From the NCBI GenBank assembly GCA_030704615.1, contig CM060734.1:24862001-24926000 (forward strand): a DNA stretch of 64,000 nt, given 5' to 3'. Position 1 is the first letter of the stretch; every line of letters begins with the position of its first letter. A program made the position numbers and the translations under genes. The notes beneath the pieces are model-generated. The model did no database searches. It was not told where the DNA came from and was given only the letters and a program-made list of their open reading frames with translations. Positions 1 to 12,873 of the stretch are shown here, in pieces. The DNA is from Takakia lepidozioides. Taxonomy: Eukaryota; Plantae; Bryophyta.

Positions 1-2055
1 CTTCTCTCCCCCCGAGACGACTTCATCCAAACCCTCTGGATGGAAATTCGGCGCCGTATTTCCATCCTAGGGACGAAATTGGGGTGCCACCTGGCATTCT
101 CTCCCCCCAAGACGACTTCATCCAAAATCCCCAAGATGGAAATTCGGCATCGTATTTCCATCCTGTGGATGAAATTGGGGTTCCAACTGGCACTCTCTCC
201 CCCCCGAGAGGACTTCATCTAAACGCTCGAGGATGGAAATTTGGCACCGTATTTCCATCTTGTGGATGAATTTGGGTGCCACCTGGCCCGAAAAGCCCGA
301 AAAAATCCAAAAATGGAAGAAAATGGATGAAAATCGTCCGTAATTAGGAAGATCTCCACCCGGGATGGTCAAATCTGACCGCGCTGGATGGAAATTCAGC
401 GCTGAATTTCCATGCAGGTGGATGAAAATGGTGTGTCAGCTCGGTTCCCCCCGCCCCCCCCCCCCCCCCCCCCCCCCCCCCCGAAGATTTCATCCAACCC
501 CCATGAATGGAAATTCAGTGCCAGATTTCCATCCAAGGGATGAACTTTCCCGGTACAAGCTGGCCCTTTCTCATTCCGAAACAATTTCAGCCAACTCCTT
601 CCGAATGGAAATTCGGCGCCGCATTTCCATCCTCGGGGATGAACTTGGGTGCCACCTGGCTGGCTCTCCTCCCAAAACGACTTCATCCAACTCCCCCCGG
701 ATGGAAATTTGGTGTCGCATTTCCATCCGGGGGGGATGAACTTGGGTGCCACCTGGCCGGCTCTCCTCTGGAAACGACTTCATCCAGCTCCCCCCGGATG
801 GAAATTCGGTGCCGCATTTCTATCCGGGGGGATGAAAATATTCTGCCAAGTAGGACTCTTGCCCCCCGAAATGATTTCATCCAACACCCCTTGGATGCAA
901 ATGCGGCACCAAATTTCCATCTGGGGGGATGAACTTCGGTGCCAGGTGGCCCTCTCTTCCCCCGAGATCATTTCATCCAAACCCCCTTGGATGGAAATTC
1001 GGCGCCGTATTTCCATCCTGGGGATGAAATTTGGGTGCCAGCTGGGCTTCTCTACCCCGAGACGACTTTATCCAAACCCTCAGGATGGAAATTCGGCACC
1101 ATATTTCCATCCTTGGGACAAAATTGGGGTGCCACCTGGCATTCTCTCCCCCCATGAAGACTTCATCCAAAATCCCCAGGATGGACATTCAGCGCGGTAT
1201 TTCCATCTTGGGGATGAAATTTGGGTTCCAACTGGCACTCTCTCCCCCCGAGAGGACTTCATCTAAACGCCCGAGGATGGAAATTTGGCGCCGTATTTCC
1301 ATCTTGCGGATGAATTTGGGTGTTACCTGGCCCGAAAAGTCCGAAAAAGTCCAAAAATGGAAGAAAATTGCCCGTAATCAGGAAGATCTCCACCCGGGAT
1401 GGTCAAATCTAACCGCGCTGGATGGAAATTCGGCGCCGAATTTCCATCTAGGTGGATGAAAATGGTGTATCAGCCCCCCCCCCCCCCCCCTCCCCCTCCG
1501 AGAAGATTTCATCCAACCCCAATGGATGGAAATTCGGTGCCAAATTTCCATCCAAGGGATGACCGGTACAAGCTGGCCCTTTCTCCTCCCGAAACGATTT
1601 CATCCAACTCCCCCCATGGAAATTCGGCGCCGCATTTCCATCCGGGGGGGATGAACTTGGGTGCCACCTGGCCAGCTCTCCTCCCGAAATGACTTCATCC
1701 AACTCCCCCGGATGGGGATTCGGCGCCGCATTTCCATCCGGGGGGATGAAAATATTCTGCCAAGTGGGTCTCTCGCCCCCGGAAATGATTTCATCCAACT
1801 CCCCTTGGATGGAAATGCGGCACCGAATTTCCATCCGGGGGGATGAACTTCGGTGCCAGGTGGCCTTCTCTTCGCCCGAGATCATTTCATGCGGCGCCGA
1901 ATTTCCATCCAAGGGGGGTGGGATGAAATGGTCTTGGGGGAGGAGAGGGCCAGCTGGCACCCAACTGCATCCCCCGGATGGAAATTCGGCGCCAAATTTC
2001 CATCCATCCGGGGGCCTCAAGTTGGGTGCCAGTTGTGCTTCTCTCCCCCCGAGAA
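1..2055. repeat. Tandem array of ~96-bp hairpin-forming units with a ~1.04-kb higher-order repeat; runs off the left edge
   Basis: GATGGAAAT recurs at 39, 135, 232 and onward (period 96-97). Each unit reads TTCATCC..GGATGGAAAT-TCGGCGCCGN-ATTTCCATCC..GGATGAA plus a GCCA(C/G)CTGGC palindrome. Unique landmarks recur about 1.03-1.04 kb apart (GGTCAAATCT at 367 and 1401; poly-C at ~452 and ~1474). Confidence 0.95.
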
Positions 2056-2059
2056 GGTT

Positions 2060-5000
2060 TCATGTCCAACTCCCACCGGATGACGATCTCTCGCGATATG
2101 CTATCATCCTCCCTCCAGACCCTATATAGTTCATTCCTAGTGTCTGCCTATTCTTCACAATCCCCAATTCCCCTTCTGCCGCTTCTTTGCTCAATCCTTC
2201 CGTCGTTTCTATGGGGTGTGGTCGAGCAGGTTTCCTGTCTGTCCGGCCCCAAGCCCCACTGTTTCCTTTTCAAAAACTCGTTGTACCTGGATTGTTGCGC
2301 CAGATGCGCCGCAGAAAGGGTACGCCATGAAGAATGCACTGATTCGGCCATGTTTGTTGTCGTCGGTGTCAGAGTCCAGACACAAAGCATTGACAACCAT
2401 AGTATTGTTGGGGACGTGAAATCGTTCAACTCACCTGCCGCATATATTTGCCAAACTGGCCAAAATGATAATGCCACCAAGCAAGCCAACTGACCATTGC
2501 TCCCTCATCTTCTTTCTTTACATCACCTGAAGTTGTCCACCAAGCCCGTATACATGCAACCTCGGTCTCTGCATCATCCAAAGTGGGAGCATTCTTCCAT
2601 GAAGACACATGGAACGGTGGTCCTCTCTGAAAGTTGGCGCCACAAGTTTGGTTGTGTACTCCGACAAGCTCTGTAGAAAATGGAACCCACAAGATCTCTC
2701 ATTTCCTTCCATTGGAACATTCGGGTCTTCCTCGTACACCCTTCGGACTGCGGCCCAATTTGCGTGTGCGTTGTCCGCCACGAAACCACGTTATTCGGCG
2801 GGGGCAATCCCGCCCTGGCCATCTGTTCGTTTGTTTCCTGCCAAAGGTGCATCTCCGATTGTGTGACCTCCCTTTTCATCTCACAAATAGCAATGGTCAT
2901 TAGCATTCTGCAATGGGGGTCATAGACATGTGCACCCATTGTCACCCACTCGTGATTTGTAATACGCTTGATATGGTTGAACATGACCCAGCTGTTTGGC
3001 AAGTCTCCACTCGTCATCTGGCGGACCAGATCCACGCCGCTACCAAGACCATACGTTGACATTTTGAATATGAAACAATGGTCTGCCTCACTCCCTTGTC
3101 TTGGCAATCGACTTCCATGAATGAAGTCATACCCACATTGTCGCTTGACCTCCAGAATGGACTGCATATCCGAGCCTCGCCCAATTTTCTGTTTGCAGGA
3201 GACAATGTGATTTATGACATTCGGGGAACAGACGTGGAACACCGATTCCAGCAATGTATTCATTTCATTCTCATCAAGATGAACTCTGTCGGAGCCATCT
3301 TCCGACATTATTCTGCCCAATGTCATCTTATGGGTGGCCTGCAGCTATATTTATTTCGGTTTGGCACCAGGTCTCAACTTCAACTCCTTCTGAATGAGGT
3401 GTTGTGCTTCCTGGGCAGCCTCCCGCGAGTTCCTCCTCGCCAATTTGTGACAGTGCACACCAATGTGTATACAAGCTCGCGTGAGGTTTGGCAAAAGGCT
3501 ACACACATAGTACTACTTCGCATTGCAAACAGACATGCAAACGGGTGGTTTTTTGCAATGCGCGCACTTAAAAGTAGAGTGCGGAACCTTTTCCTGAGTT
3601 TGAAAGGGTCGAAGAGTTGTGCCTATCCAATCCGTCTTGTTCTTGTGTCCTTTGGATTTATAATGGAAGCAGGTCGCAGAGAAACACCGCAGCATGCCGC
3701 CACACAAAACGTAACGCACCTGGACACCATCGGCAATCTTCATGCTGGTGGTTCTTGTGATGCACCAAGGGTGACTGTCATGTTTTCTATCCATATCTGT
3801 CAACATTCCGGACGCTCTGGAATTGTCCGACAGAGGAGGGAACTCAAAAATGAATTTGTCGTCGACGTCTGGGGGAAGATGTGTGACGGATTTAATTGTG
3901 AACTTGTTGTAGTCCAGCGCAGCCAGCTCAGAGCGGTGTCCCTCCGTCTGCAGCCCTCGCATAATATCAATAATGGATTGAGTTGTTGAGCTCGTACAGG
4001 GAATATGACTCCCTCCTTTGCTGATGTCCATTTCAGACTTGCCTGATCTCCAAGATGATCTTGGAACTTCCATGACCTCATCCTCGTCAGACAGGTTGTG
4101 AACAACCTGGTTCTCCGCTTGGCGCTTTCCTCTCCATGCCCGCTCACGCGGTTCCATCTCTTCCATCCTATATAGGCCCAAAATCATCCAACTCGATGGT
4201 GCCCACCGCCCCAGAGTACCTTCGTGGCCCCTTGGTAGCTCCATACATCTCCTCCATTGTGTCCCACAACAATGGCAAAGAAACAACTTGCACCGCCGGT
4301 ATGAGTCCTCCTGATTCACAATCCGAATCAGAACCTTCCGTGGAAGACACAGGAGGTGAAGGTGGCCTAAACCGCACGTCTCGTGTACCCACTAGTATCG
4401 CTAGTGCTCGAACCGGCACTGTCCCCAGCAACTAGTGGCACCTCCGTGTTGACACTCAACCGGTCATGAACATGTCCCTAACCCCCTCCCCTTTGTTTGC
4501 CAACTTATCACACCCATCGTTCTTGATGGCGGAGCCTTTGGATTAAATTTAATGCAGAACTCTCTCCTTGAGGTTCCAACTCTCAAATTCGCGGACTCTT
4601 TTGTGGAAGGCGGTTGGAGAGAAACCGCATTTGGCGGCAAAATGGGTTCCCCAACAGCCCTGTATATGACGGTGTCCGATGGTGGAAGCAGCCATTCACT
4701 GCCGTCGCCTCGATCATCGTGGAGCACAACAATACTTTTGACAACAACTCCATTTGAATCCTTCCTTTCCTCCTCCACAACTATTGACCCGGGTTTCAAG
4801 TGGAATTTGACGCAAAGATATTTCTCGGCAACCAGAATTCCCCCTCTATTAGAAAATATATAGCTCTGTTGGTGTGAGGAGGGCAGTACACTATAGCGCT
4901 GGAGTTTGCAGCCATGGGAAACGTGCACAGCGGACTGCGAGCACGGCGTTCGGGCAAGCGGTCTGGGAGAAGCGGGGAGGTAGTGAGGCAATGCAATGTA

Positions 5001-6591
5001 GGGCCAAACTTTGCAAGCGAGGAAGCACATCCATGAATTCGGTGAGCCCACACTCCAAAAAATCCACTGTCAAAGTTTTCATGAACGTGGTCTCCGAAAT
5101 GCGGCCCCTGGGCTTTACGTAATAACTGCCAACGGTATACAGTCAGGAGGTTGTAGACCTGTGCAGGTGCCCTGCGAGAACTAATAATTGCATTGTCTGA
5201 CGAGAGGTGTGAGGGGGCGACCGTGCCAGCACCTTGCACAAGGACAGAGGGAATTGAAAGAGACACAGTGACAGAGTTCCATCTGTCCTATGGAAATGTG
5301 ACATTCCACAGGGTTGGTTCGGGACTGAGTAGAAGATTGAGTACTGGACCCTCTCAGGCAAAAGTCAACATTCAACACAAGTCAACATTGCACAAAAAGT
5401 GGAACTTTTGTTCATAGAAAACTTTTATTCATATAATGAACTTCGACAAATATGCATGCAATGCATGCTCAAGTAAGCTTGAAGTATGCATGCAATCCCT
5501 ACTCAGGTAACCGAAAAAATTGTTGTCGTGTTTGTACTGTTGTCACCAAGAAGCTGGGACTTCAGTTGCCCTCTCATGAAGCTCACATGACTGATTTTAC
5601 ATCTCCAAGTAAACACAATGGATGCAGTCCTTGCCCCCTTGTTGCAGTGGACAACAATGTCATGTCCTCCGATATAAGCACCATCGTAAATGGAGATTTT
5701 AGGTGTGGAAACTCTGTGGCCGTAGGACTCATCCTAGTAGCTTATGAGAATGTCCCCATAGACTATTTGCGAGGGAATCCGCGGAGGCGTGTACGTCAGC
5801 CCGATGACATTGTCGTAGGTCCATTGGCAGCAATTCCAATGATACAAATAGGCGGCCCGGCTTTTGGGGAACTCCCATGCAGGCGGATACTCCAGATCGG
5901 TGATTTTCAGACACCACATCCGCGCAAGGTTGCCCCCACGAGTGAAATCGTAGTAGCCATCAAGCCACTCAAGAGCCCGCATGTTCTCCCGCCTCTGCTG
6001 GGAGTCATAGTAAGATAATCGCACCGAGTCTTCTGGGCGCCGACTGCCCACAACAGGGAACTCCTCAAAAATTTCGCACGTGCGAATCGAAATATGGCAC
6101 CGTATTTCGTAGTGGAGTGGCAAAACCTTTCCCGCAGAATGTAGGAAGAAGGAAGATTTTTCAAGCACTGTAGACTATGTTGTTGCACGGGGATCATACA
6201 ATCGTGAGAAAAGGGTCAGCTTCATTCCAAAGTTAGGGCATATAAAACCGCGGAATATTCTATACACGCCAATATACGGCGTCCTTTTGCTGTGGGATCC
6301 TGGATTTTTCGTTTCACGATGGGTTTTTTCCATGAGCAGACTTATGAAACCATGAGCCACCTTGTTACTCACGACATATCTTTGCCGCATTACAGGATCT
6401 GGAAATTCCAAAATAGTCAATGTCAAATTAAAAAAACTATTATTTTAATATATTTTTTAATCTGCCGCATTTCCAAATTTGGAGAGTCCGCTCATGAAAA
6501 GTCGTGTCTTAGACTTCGGCTCACGGCTCATGCCGCTCATGCCGCTCATGGCTCATGGCTCATGGTTTTTGGCTCATGAATAGTAAACCTC
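2060..6591 (-). mobile_element. Truncated Mutator-like (MULE) element, copy 1; one terminus at 6591, the other end interrupted by the hairpin array
   Basis: Contains a decayed MULE transposase. Ends in clustered GCTCA(T/C)G motifs (6490-6578) and ...GGCTCATGAATAGTAAACCTC, whose reverse complement GAGGTTTACTATTCATGAGCC resembles the GAGG...TGAGC termini of the other MULE-type elements in this window. Confidence 0.65.
2100..4200 (-). pseudogene. MULE DDE transposase with N-terminal WRKY/GCM1-like Zn domain; frameshifted, with stops; SWIM end missing
   Basis: ORFs 3513-4319, 2574-3326, 2518-2781, 2426-2692 and 2148-2489 join into DRKHDSHPWC..C..C..CAHC..C..H.H, WVMFNHIKR, MADNAHAN, ERSCGFHF (CxxH) and TTNMAESVH (catalytic E). 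Collinear with the plus-strand copy at 16.5-19.8 kb. Confidence 0.85.
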
Positions 6592-9500
6592 CACCCAACA
6601 GCACCATCTTGCAAGTTAAATTGACAATAGCTAACCTCCTATCTTACCGTTCACCATGGAACTTGCAGACAAAAGTGCAACTCTCTCCCATGAGCATGAC
6701 ATACACACAGTGGCCGCCCCCACCCCCTCAGCAACACATACAACTGCATATTCATCAGCTCGTCTTAACTTATAAAGCATCCTACATACAACAACAAGAT
6801 TATCTCCCCACCCTCTATATGATGTCAAAAAATCCAACCTCCCTACAAATACCCATTGTCGAGACAAGAGTGTCGGAGTCACAAAGACAATGTCTGCATT
6901 TCGAGGGAAGTGATGCGCCATCCGGGTGGATAAATGGAACATTGAAACAATGATGTGCTGAACCACAATCTCTCATAGGGAAAAAAACAAGTGAAACACA
7001 TTGTAGAATAATAGTTATTTTTCTATTTGGTTAGAACGATGTTTAGAAAGCTAAGTAGAAGACATTGAAATATGAATATAGAATTATTTGGGCTTTTATT
7101 GAGTAAAATTGCAAAATTAACCAATTAGATGTAAATTGGGTAGAATTGGATGTAGAATTGGATGAAAATTTAGGGATGGACAAAATAAAATTGGATGATA
7201 CATTGTAAGCTAGACTTAGAATTGAATGATTAATTGGATGATAAACGGGATGAATAATTGGGTAGTTAGAATTGGAATTGGGAAGTTAGAATTGGGAGAT
7301 TCGGCTAAACACAGTGAATCCAGAGTAGTGATATAAAAAGGTCGATTGTGAGAGAGTGTAGAATAATATAAATTTTTGGTTAAGATTTAATTTTAGGACT
7401 ATTTAGTGCATTTCCTGCTCGATATACTCTTTGATACTATTGATACATATTTGATATAGTAACATTGCTCGATATTTTATGACGATCGATAGTCTGACTT
7501 TAATCGATAATGAAGAAAATAGATGAATGAATATTTTGGATGACTAGAAGAAGTTAGACGGTTATAGAAGTTGTTGAGACAGATTGCTATAATTGAGCTG
7601 TGGGACAATAGATCATTGTCAGATGAGTCAGAGAGTTGTGACTAGGGTGGAGAGAGCAGGGATGCCTCGGCGTGAGCCTGGTCACGTGAGCGCAACTGCG
7701 CTCACGCCACGTCACCTTGCGCCAATGCCACATCACGGGGCTCACTCCACGTCATCACACTTGAAGACCGCATCACCACGCGCCCAGGAAGAAGTGGAGT
7801 GTATTCCCGCGGATTGACACCCTTTACCGCGGAAACAAGCTGGACGACATAATAAAAGGCAGTGGTCATTCCCACCTGAAAGCAACAGTTGAATAAAGGA
7901 TGGATGAATGTACAGTTGGATGATAAACAGATGGATGAGTGTGAAAAATGAATATAGATGGATGAATGAGGGAAGGATAAGAGTCAAATGGATGAATGTA
8001 TAATGGATGTTGAGCAATGAAAAACATTCATGACAGGAAGATGCATGACTAAAACTTTAGACGAATGCACAACGTACATGACATGAGTGTGGTAGGTTTG
8101 TGGGGTGGATTAAAGAGTACAGAGGATGAATGTACAATGGATGTTGAACAAAGGAAAACATTCATGAATGGAGCACGCATGAATACACTGTAGATGAAAG
8201 CACAATGGATATGACAAGAGTGAGGTTTTGTGAGATGGATTCATACATATTGCAATTTAAATGGTAGTTGATTCTTTGATTATTTTTCTTTCCAAAGGAA
8301 CAACTACGGTGGAGGAAGGGGATTCAATTTTCCAAAGAGGATGAAACAGAATATTAAAATAACACATAGTTCAGTCTGACTCAGAGTCAGTACAATGTAT
8401 CCCCGCTTCATCTGCATCTAAGTCTAAGTATTTAAGAACTCCGGATCTACGCTGGCTACACCTACGGCCGGGCAGTAAAAATTCAGGGGAACTCAGCCGC
8501 GTGAAGTGCCATTGCTTCGGCATAATCAGGAAGCAGAAAATTGGAAAGGGGGCTGTCGAAAACAGACTCGCCACAAATGACTGTATCTCCTGAAGATCCA
8601 CCCTGCCTTTCCTGAAAGACAGCCTGAAGAAGTTATTACTGTAACTTTGATGTTATTGAGAAATTGAGTATGACTCCCAAAGTGGGTTTATCACTTACTC
8701 ACATGAAAAGTCGTTGTCGACCTGCTTATCTTCGGGATCGTCATCATTTCGAATTTGAATCCGATCAGTCTGTGTGCCTGAAGTTGAGCCAGACAAAAGG
8801 GGGAGGAGCACTGTGTTGTAGAGGTCAGAATCACCCTCCATGCCAAAAAGGCTTCTTCCGCCTGCCTTGCATGCATGGTAAGTTGCTCCTACACCAGACA
8901 TGAGGACATGAACAGTTTGGTGGGGGGGATTTAAGCAGATGGAACTGGTGAAAAAAAATCAATTCGGAAGGGAGAGAACGAACCTGTGGACACAGAAAGA
9001 TCGACCACCCGTGCAGAGTGGTGGCTGCATGACTCCAGCAGTATTTGCATGAACGCTGGGATTTTTTCCTTTGCACCTCTCCAGGGAGTGCCATCTGGTC
9101 TCTTCAGAGTCTGACTGGACTGCATGAAGTTGTACAAAATGTCATCGACATGCGGCTCATAGGGGGGGGTTGACGAAACAACCCTGGTCAGAAATCTCAA
9201 AGCTGCGAATGGAGGATGGTGTCTTTGAGGTGCGAATCCTCCGCAGGCAGATCGCCTTGAACATCCTCGTCTGCCAAAGATAGCAGGTTAGTGTGGTAAA
9301 CACAATCTATAGTGGAAGTGTGTACATCGGCTATTCAGAACTCAGGCATAAAACAATCATTTTTATCACGAATCGGTGATGATCGGTGTCGATCATGACA
9401 GATTCTTCTAGAGTGGAGCTGCAGAGAACATTGAAACTCATCATGAAAGCACAAGCAGAGGGAGACGGCATACCAGCTGACCAGGGAAACCCCCTTTCAC

Positions 9501-10659
9501 AAGGTAGAGGCTGTTCACACAATTCCATGTGCGCAAAATTTCAAACCCTGAAGACTTCAGGTATGATGCCAATGCCTGACAACTATCTTTGTCACATGAC
9601 TGAAAAGCAGAAGTGTCCCTACATCAGAGAGAAAATTATTACAGAACCCGAACACCCAACTCCAGTAGTTGTCCTCGAATTTGTTCCAGCCTGGGGTCTT
9701 GCCCTTTGGAAGAACTTCTGGCACAGCCTGGCCATCCGGGATGTCGAGAATGACAATGTCAGCCGCATATGTTTTTCTGCACACCGCACACGAAGGTGGG
9801 ACCTGTGCTCACCGCAACAGACATGTTTATTTTAAGAACGATGGCAAGAATGTTTTCAAAGAACTAGACTGAAATACTGCCATGAAACTTTCAGAGAAAA
9901 ATGAAAGAAACTGGAATTCTCACCAGATTGAGGAATGAGATTATGTTGTCCTAGGTAGGCGAAGGCACCCCAGTGTATCCTCTCTTTCGACTCTGCATCA
10001 TCGCCAGCCAACCCTCATTGACAATTTTAATCTCTCCTGCCGAATCAGAACGGGAAGGGTGTGGCTTGGCATCGAACACGCACTGAACTGTGCGGGTATA
10101 TCTTCCAGCAGGGAAGTCCTGCCCACTCTCCATCTCCTTTTCCTTTCTCCTGCCCCTTGTCCTTTTCCTTCTCTTTGGACTTGTCTTGTCCTTTGGCTTT
10201 GCTGGTGAGATGGCTATGACATCAAGAGCCTTGTCTTTTGGTTTGCGGCCCGCCTTCTTTCCCTTCTGCGGCGTTCCCTGAGCATCAGGCTCCTTGGCAG
10301 CCAAGTTTGCTATGTTTCTTTGGTACTCTTCGTCAGTCAGAGGCGCCAGCATCTCAGCATTATTGTTCAATATTTCATGTGCTGTTCTTGAAAGGTCGTG
10401 TGCTCCGGTGGGCAGTCAAGGTACCAGCCACGTCTCCTGAAGTGAGAGGGACTCCAGTCCTTCAATATCGCCTGCAGTATACATGGTTGGATCGTTTGCA
10501 GGGTCCGACCACATGTCAAGATAGTCTGGAATACCGCTCAGGTGATTTCCTTCCATAAGCACATATTTCGTGTACCTGTTAAACAGGAGATAAATCCCAA
10601 CCCACCAAAGCGCGAAGTGAGTAAGATGCAAGTAGCACAGAATGAAAAAAACATGGAAT

Positions 10660-11490
10660 GAAATGGCTCTGAGAACTGCTCCAAGGACCTTTCAGGACCA
10701 CACGACAGCTCCGGATGTGAATGTCGTCAACGCCATTCAAAACATTCCATTCAATGATACTGTAAATACACCTAATCCACGTGAATGCAAACTCTCGCTT
10801 TGGAATGACACAGACATAGAAGTGAATGTCGTCAACGACATTCACTTTGGATTTGTGAATACACTGCTAATCAAGCCTAATGATTTCTCAAAAGAGGCAA
10901 AATCATTGGATGGAAATCAGAAACTCGAGTAAGGAACCCCCCCAAAAACTCAATGGACATTCATAACGAACATAACACTGAGGACCTCATAATAACACTG
11001 GATGTGAATGGCGTCAACGCCATTCACAAAATTACGAACAAGGAACCAATTAATACACCCTTAGCTCCCAATCCATGTAAATTCAAATTGTCGCTGGTGA
11101 ATGACACAGACATAGAAGTGAATGTCGTCAACGACATTCACTTTGGATCTCTGATAACACAGCTAATCAAGCCTCAAGATTTCTCGCAAGAGGCAAAAGC
11201 AATGCAGAACAACTGAATGTCTGCATTGACATTCAGCAAACTGAAGTGAGGAACCCTCACTGTAAACTCTATGGACATTACAAAAACTTACATAACTCTG
11301 AGGACCTCTCAACAACTCTGGATGTGAATGTCGTCAACGCCATTCAGGGACATTATCAATTCTAATCAGGGACACTATAATTACACCCTAAGCTCCTAAT
11401 CCAGGTGAATTCAAATTCTCGCTTAAGAATGACTCAGACAAAGAAGTGAATGTCGTCAACGACATTCAATTTGGATCTATGATTACAATC
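10660..11490. repeat. Intronic ~300-bp tandem triplication, each unit with two 22-28-bp palindromes GTGAATGTCGT-CA-ACGACATTCAC
   Basis: Palindromes at ~10718, 10820, 11003, 11116, 11325 and 11447, with shared flanking text (AATGACACAGACATAGAAG, GAGGACCTC). Confidence 0.9.
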
Positions 11491-12873
11491 CTTATGAAGC
11501 CAAATTATTTCCCAAAAAGTGCAGTAGAGTTTCCAGTATGATATTGCACCTGTACACAACTCGCATCATGGCCCACTCTCCTCCAACCTGACTGTCAAAG
11601 TCGTTGGACCGTAAAATGTTACCATCTTTGGAGAACTCCCGGAAAAAACAGTATCTCCAGGTGAGACCTCTCCACTTCCTTATGTATGCCTCCAATGACA
11701 TTTGGGGAGGGGAAACAATCGAAATGTTCAAGTCCTTCAAAGTCTGATCCAGCACAATGACGGCGCGCTTTTCGAGCTGCAAATTGTATGTATTTTGTCA
11801 GTATTGCAAATAAGATACTCATCACATAATTGAAGAAAAGAAAACGGCTTATTTGAATACACACCTGACTCCAAAATGTAGCCTTGTGGAGCCAGTTATC
11901 AAACACCAAATCACTGATTCCTTCCACCTTTGTGCCAGGCTGTATGGTGCTCTTTGGGAACTGATTCAAGTCCTTTACTGTCTGATCTGAGTTCCATATC
12001 TCCAGCCACCTTATTTTTGTTTGTGGGTCGACCATGGATATGGCCAGCCGGTGCAATTTCTCCTGCTGCATCTCCGGATGCACATGCTTGTCATAGTGAG
12101 ATTTGATCTGCTGAAGGAACTCAGAACCAAGTCCAGGATCTACTATTCTAAGCTGCTTTCCGAAGGCGGACATCAATTTGGTTCTTCGCATTTCAAACTC
12201 CTTTTTTATTGCTGCTTCCACACCCTTTGATGTCCTTAGTTCCTCTGGTGTAGTGCGGTAATATTCGGATTTTCCTTCTCAGCTGCCTCTGCCAGTTCTT
12301 GCTGCATTGATTCAAATAGTGATTAGCACCGAAGGACTACAAACATGTATTCGAAAAGTAAACTGAGTACAGACTCGGGCTTACCGCATACATGTACTCC
12401 AGAAACGCCTCTCGAGTCAAAGAATACCAAGTGCCTGCAGCTCTTCCTGTTTCGCACTTCTTGATTATATTGGGGGGAGTACTGTCCGAAAATCATCCAG
12501 CTTCATCAGACCAATCCTCTGAATTCGGAATAGTGTGTGGACCAAGCTTGTTGTCACATGCGATTTCTCTGTCGATCTGCAAAAACATTGGAAACATTGC
12601 ATTCCTTAACACTGTTTTTTTGGGATTAACAAGACACTACAGAGGGAATGAATCTCTAGGATGACTTACTTGTTCACGTCGTGCATAGCTGTAAGAAGCC
12701 TAGCGATGTCGTTTCCTGGATCCAAAACCATTGCCTCCACAACAACATGCTTGTCTTTGTCTTTCGCATGTGTTTCTGAATTATCCCATCCATGCCAGCA
12801 ATCGGTGGTTGCCGTCCCAGACGTAGAACATGTGGTTGCAGAATTGTTGCTGGGTTTCTTTCCATCATGAGGC

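Noticed and set aside
1-2130. Numerous ORFs on both strands in the left array
   Set aside because: They are translations of the 96-bp repeat; no domain signal.
3078-3989. 303-aa plus-strand ORF
   Set aside because: Antisense shadow of the minus-strand MULE transposase.
10642-11216. Plus-strand repeated ORFs (VNVVNDIHF)
   Set aside because: Products of the intronic palindromic tandem repeat, antisense to the cargo gene.
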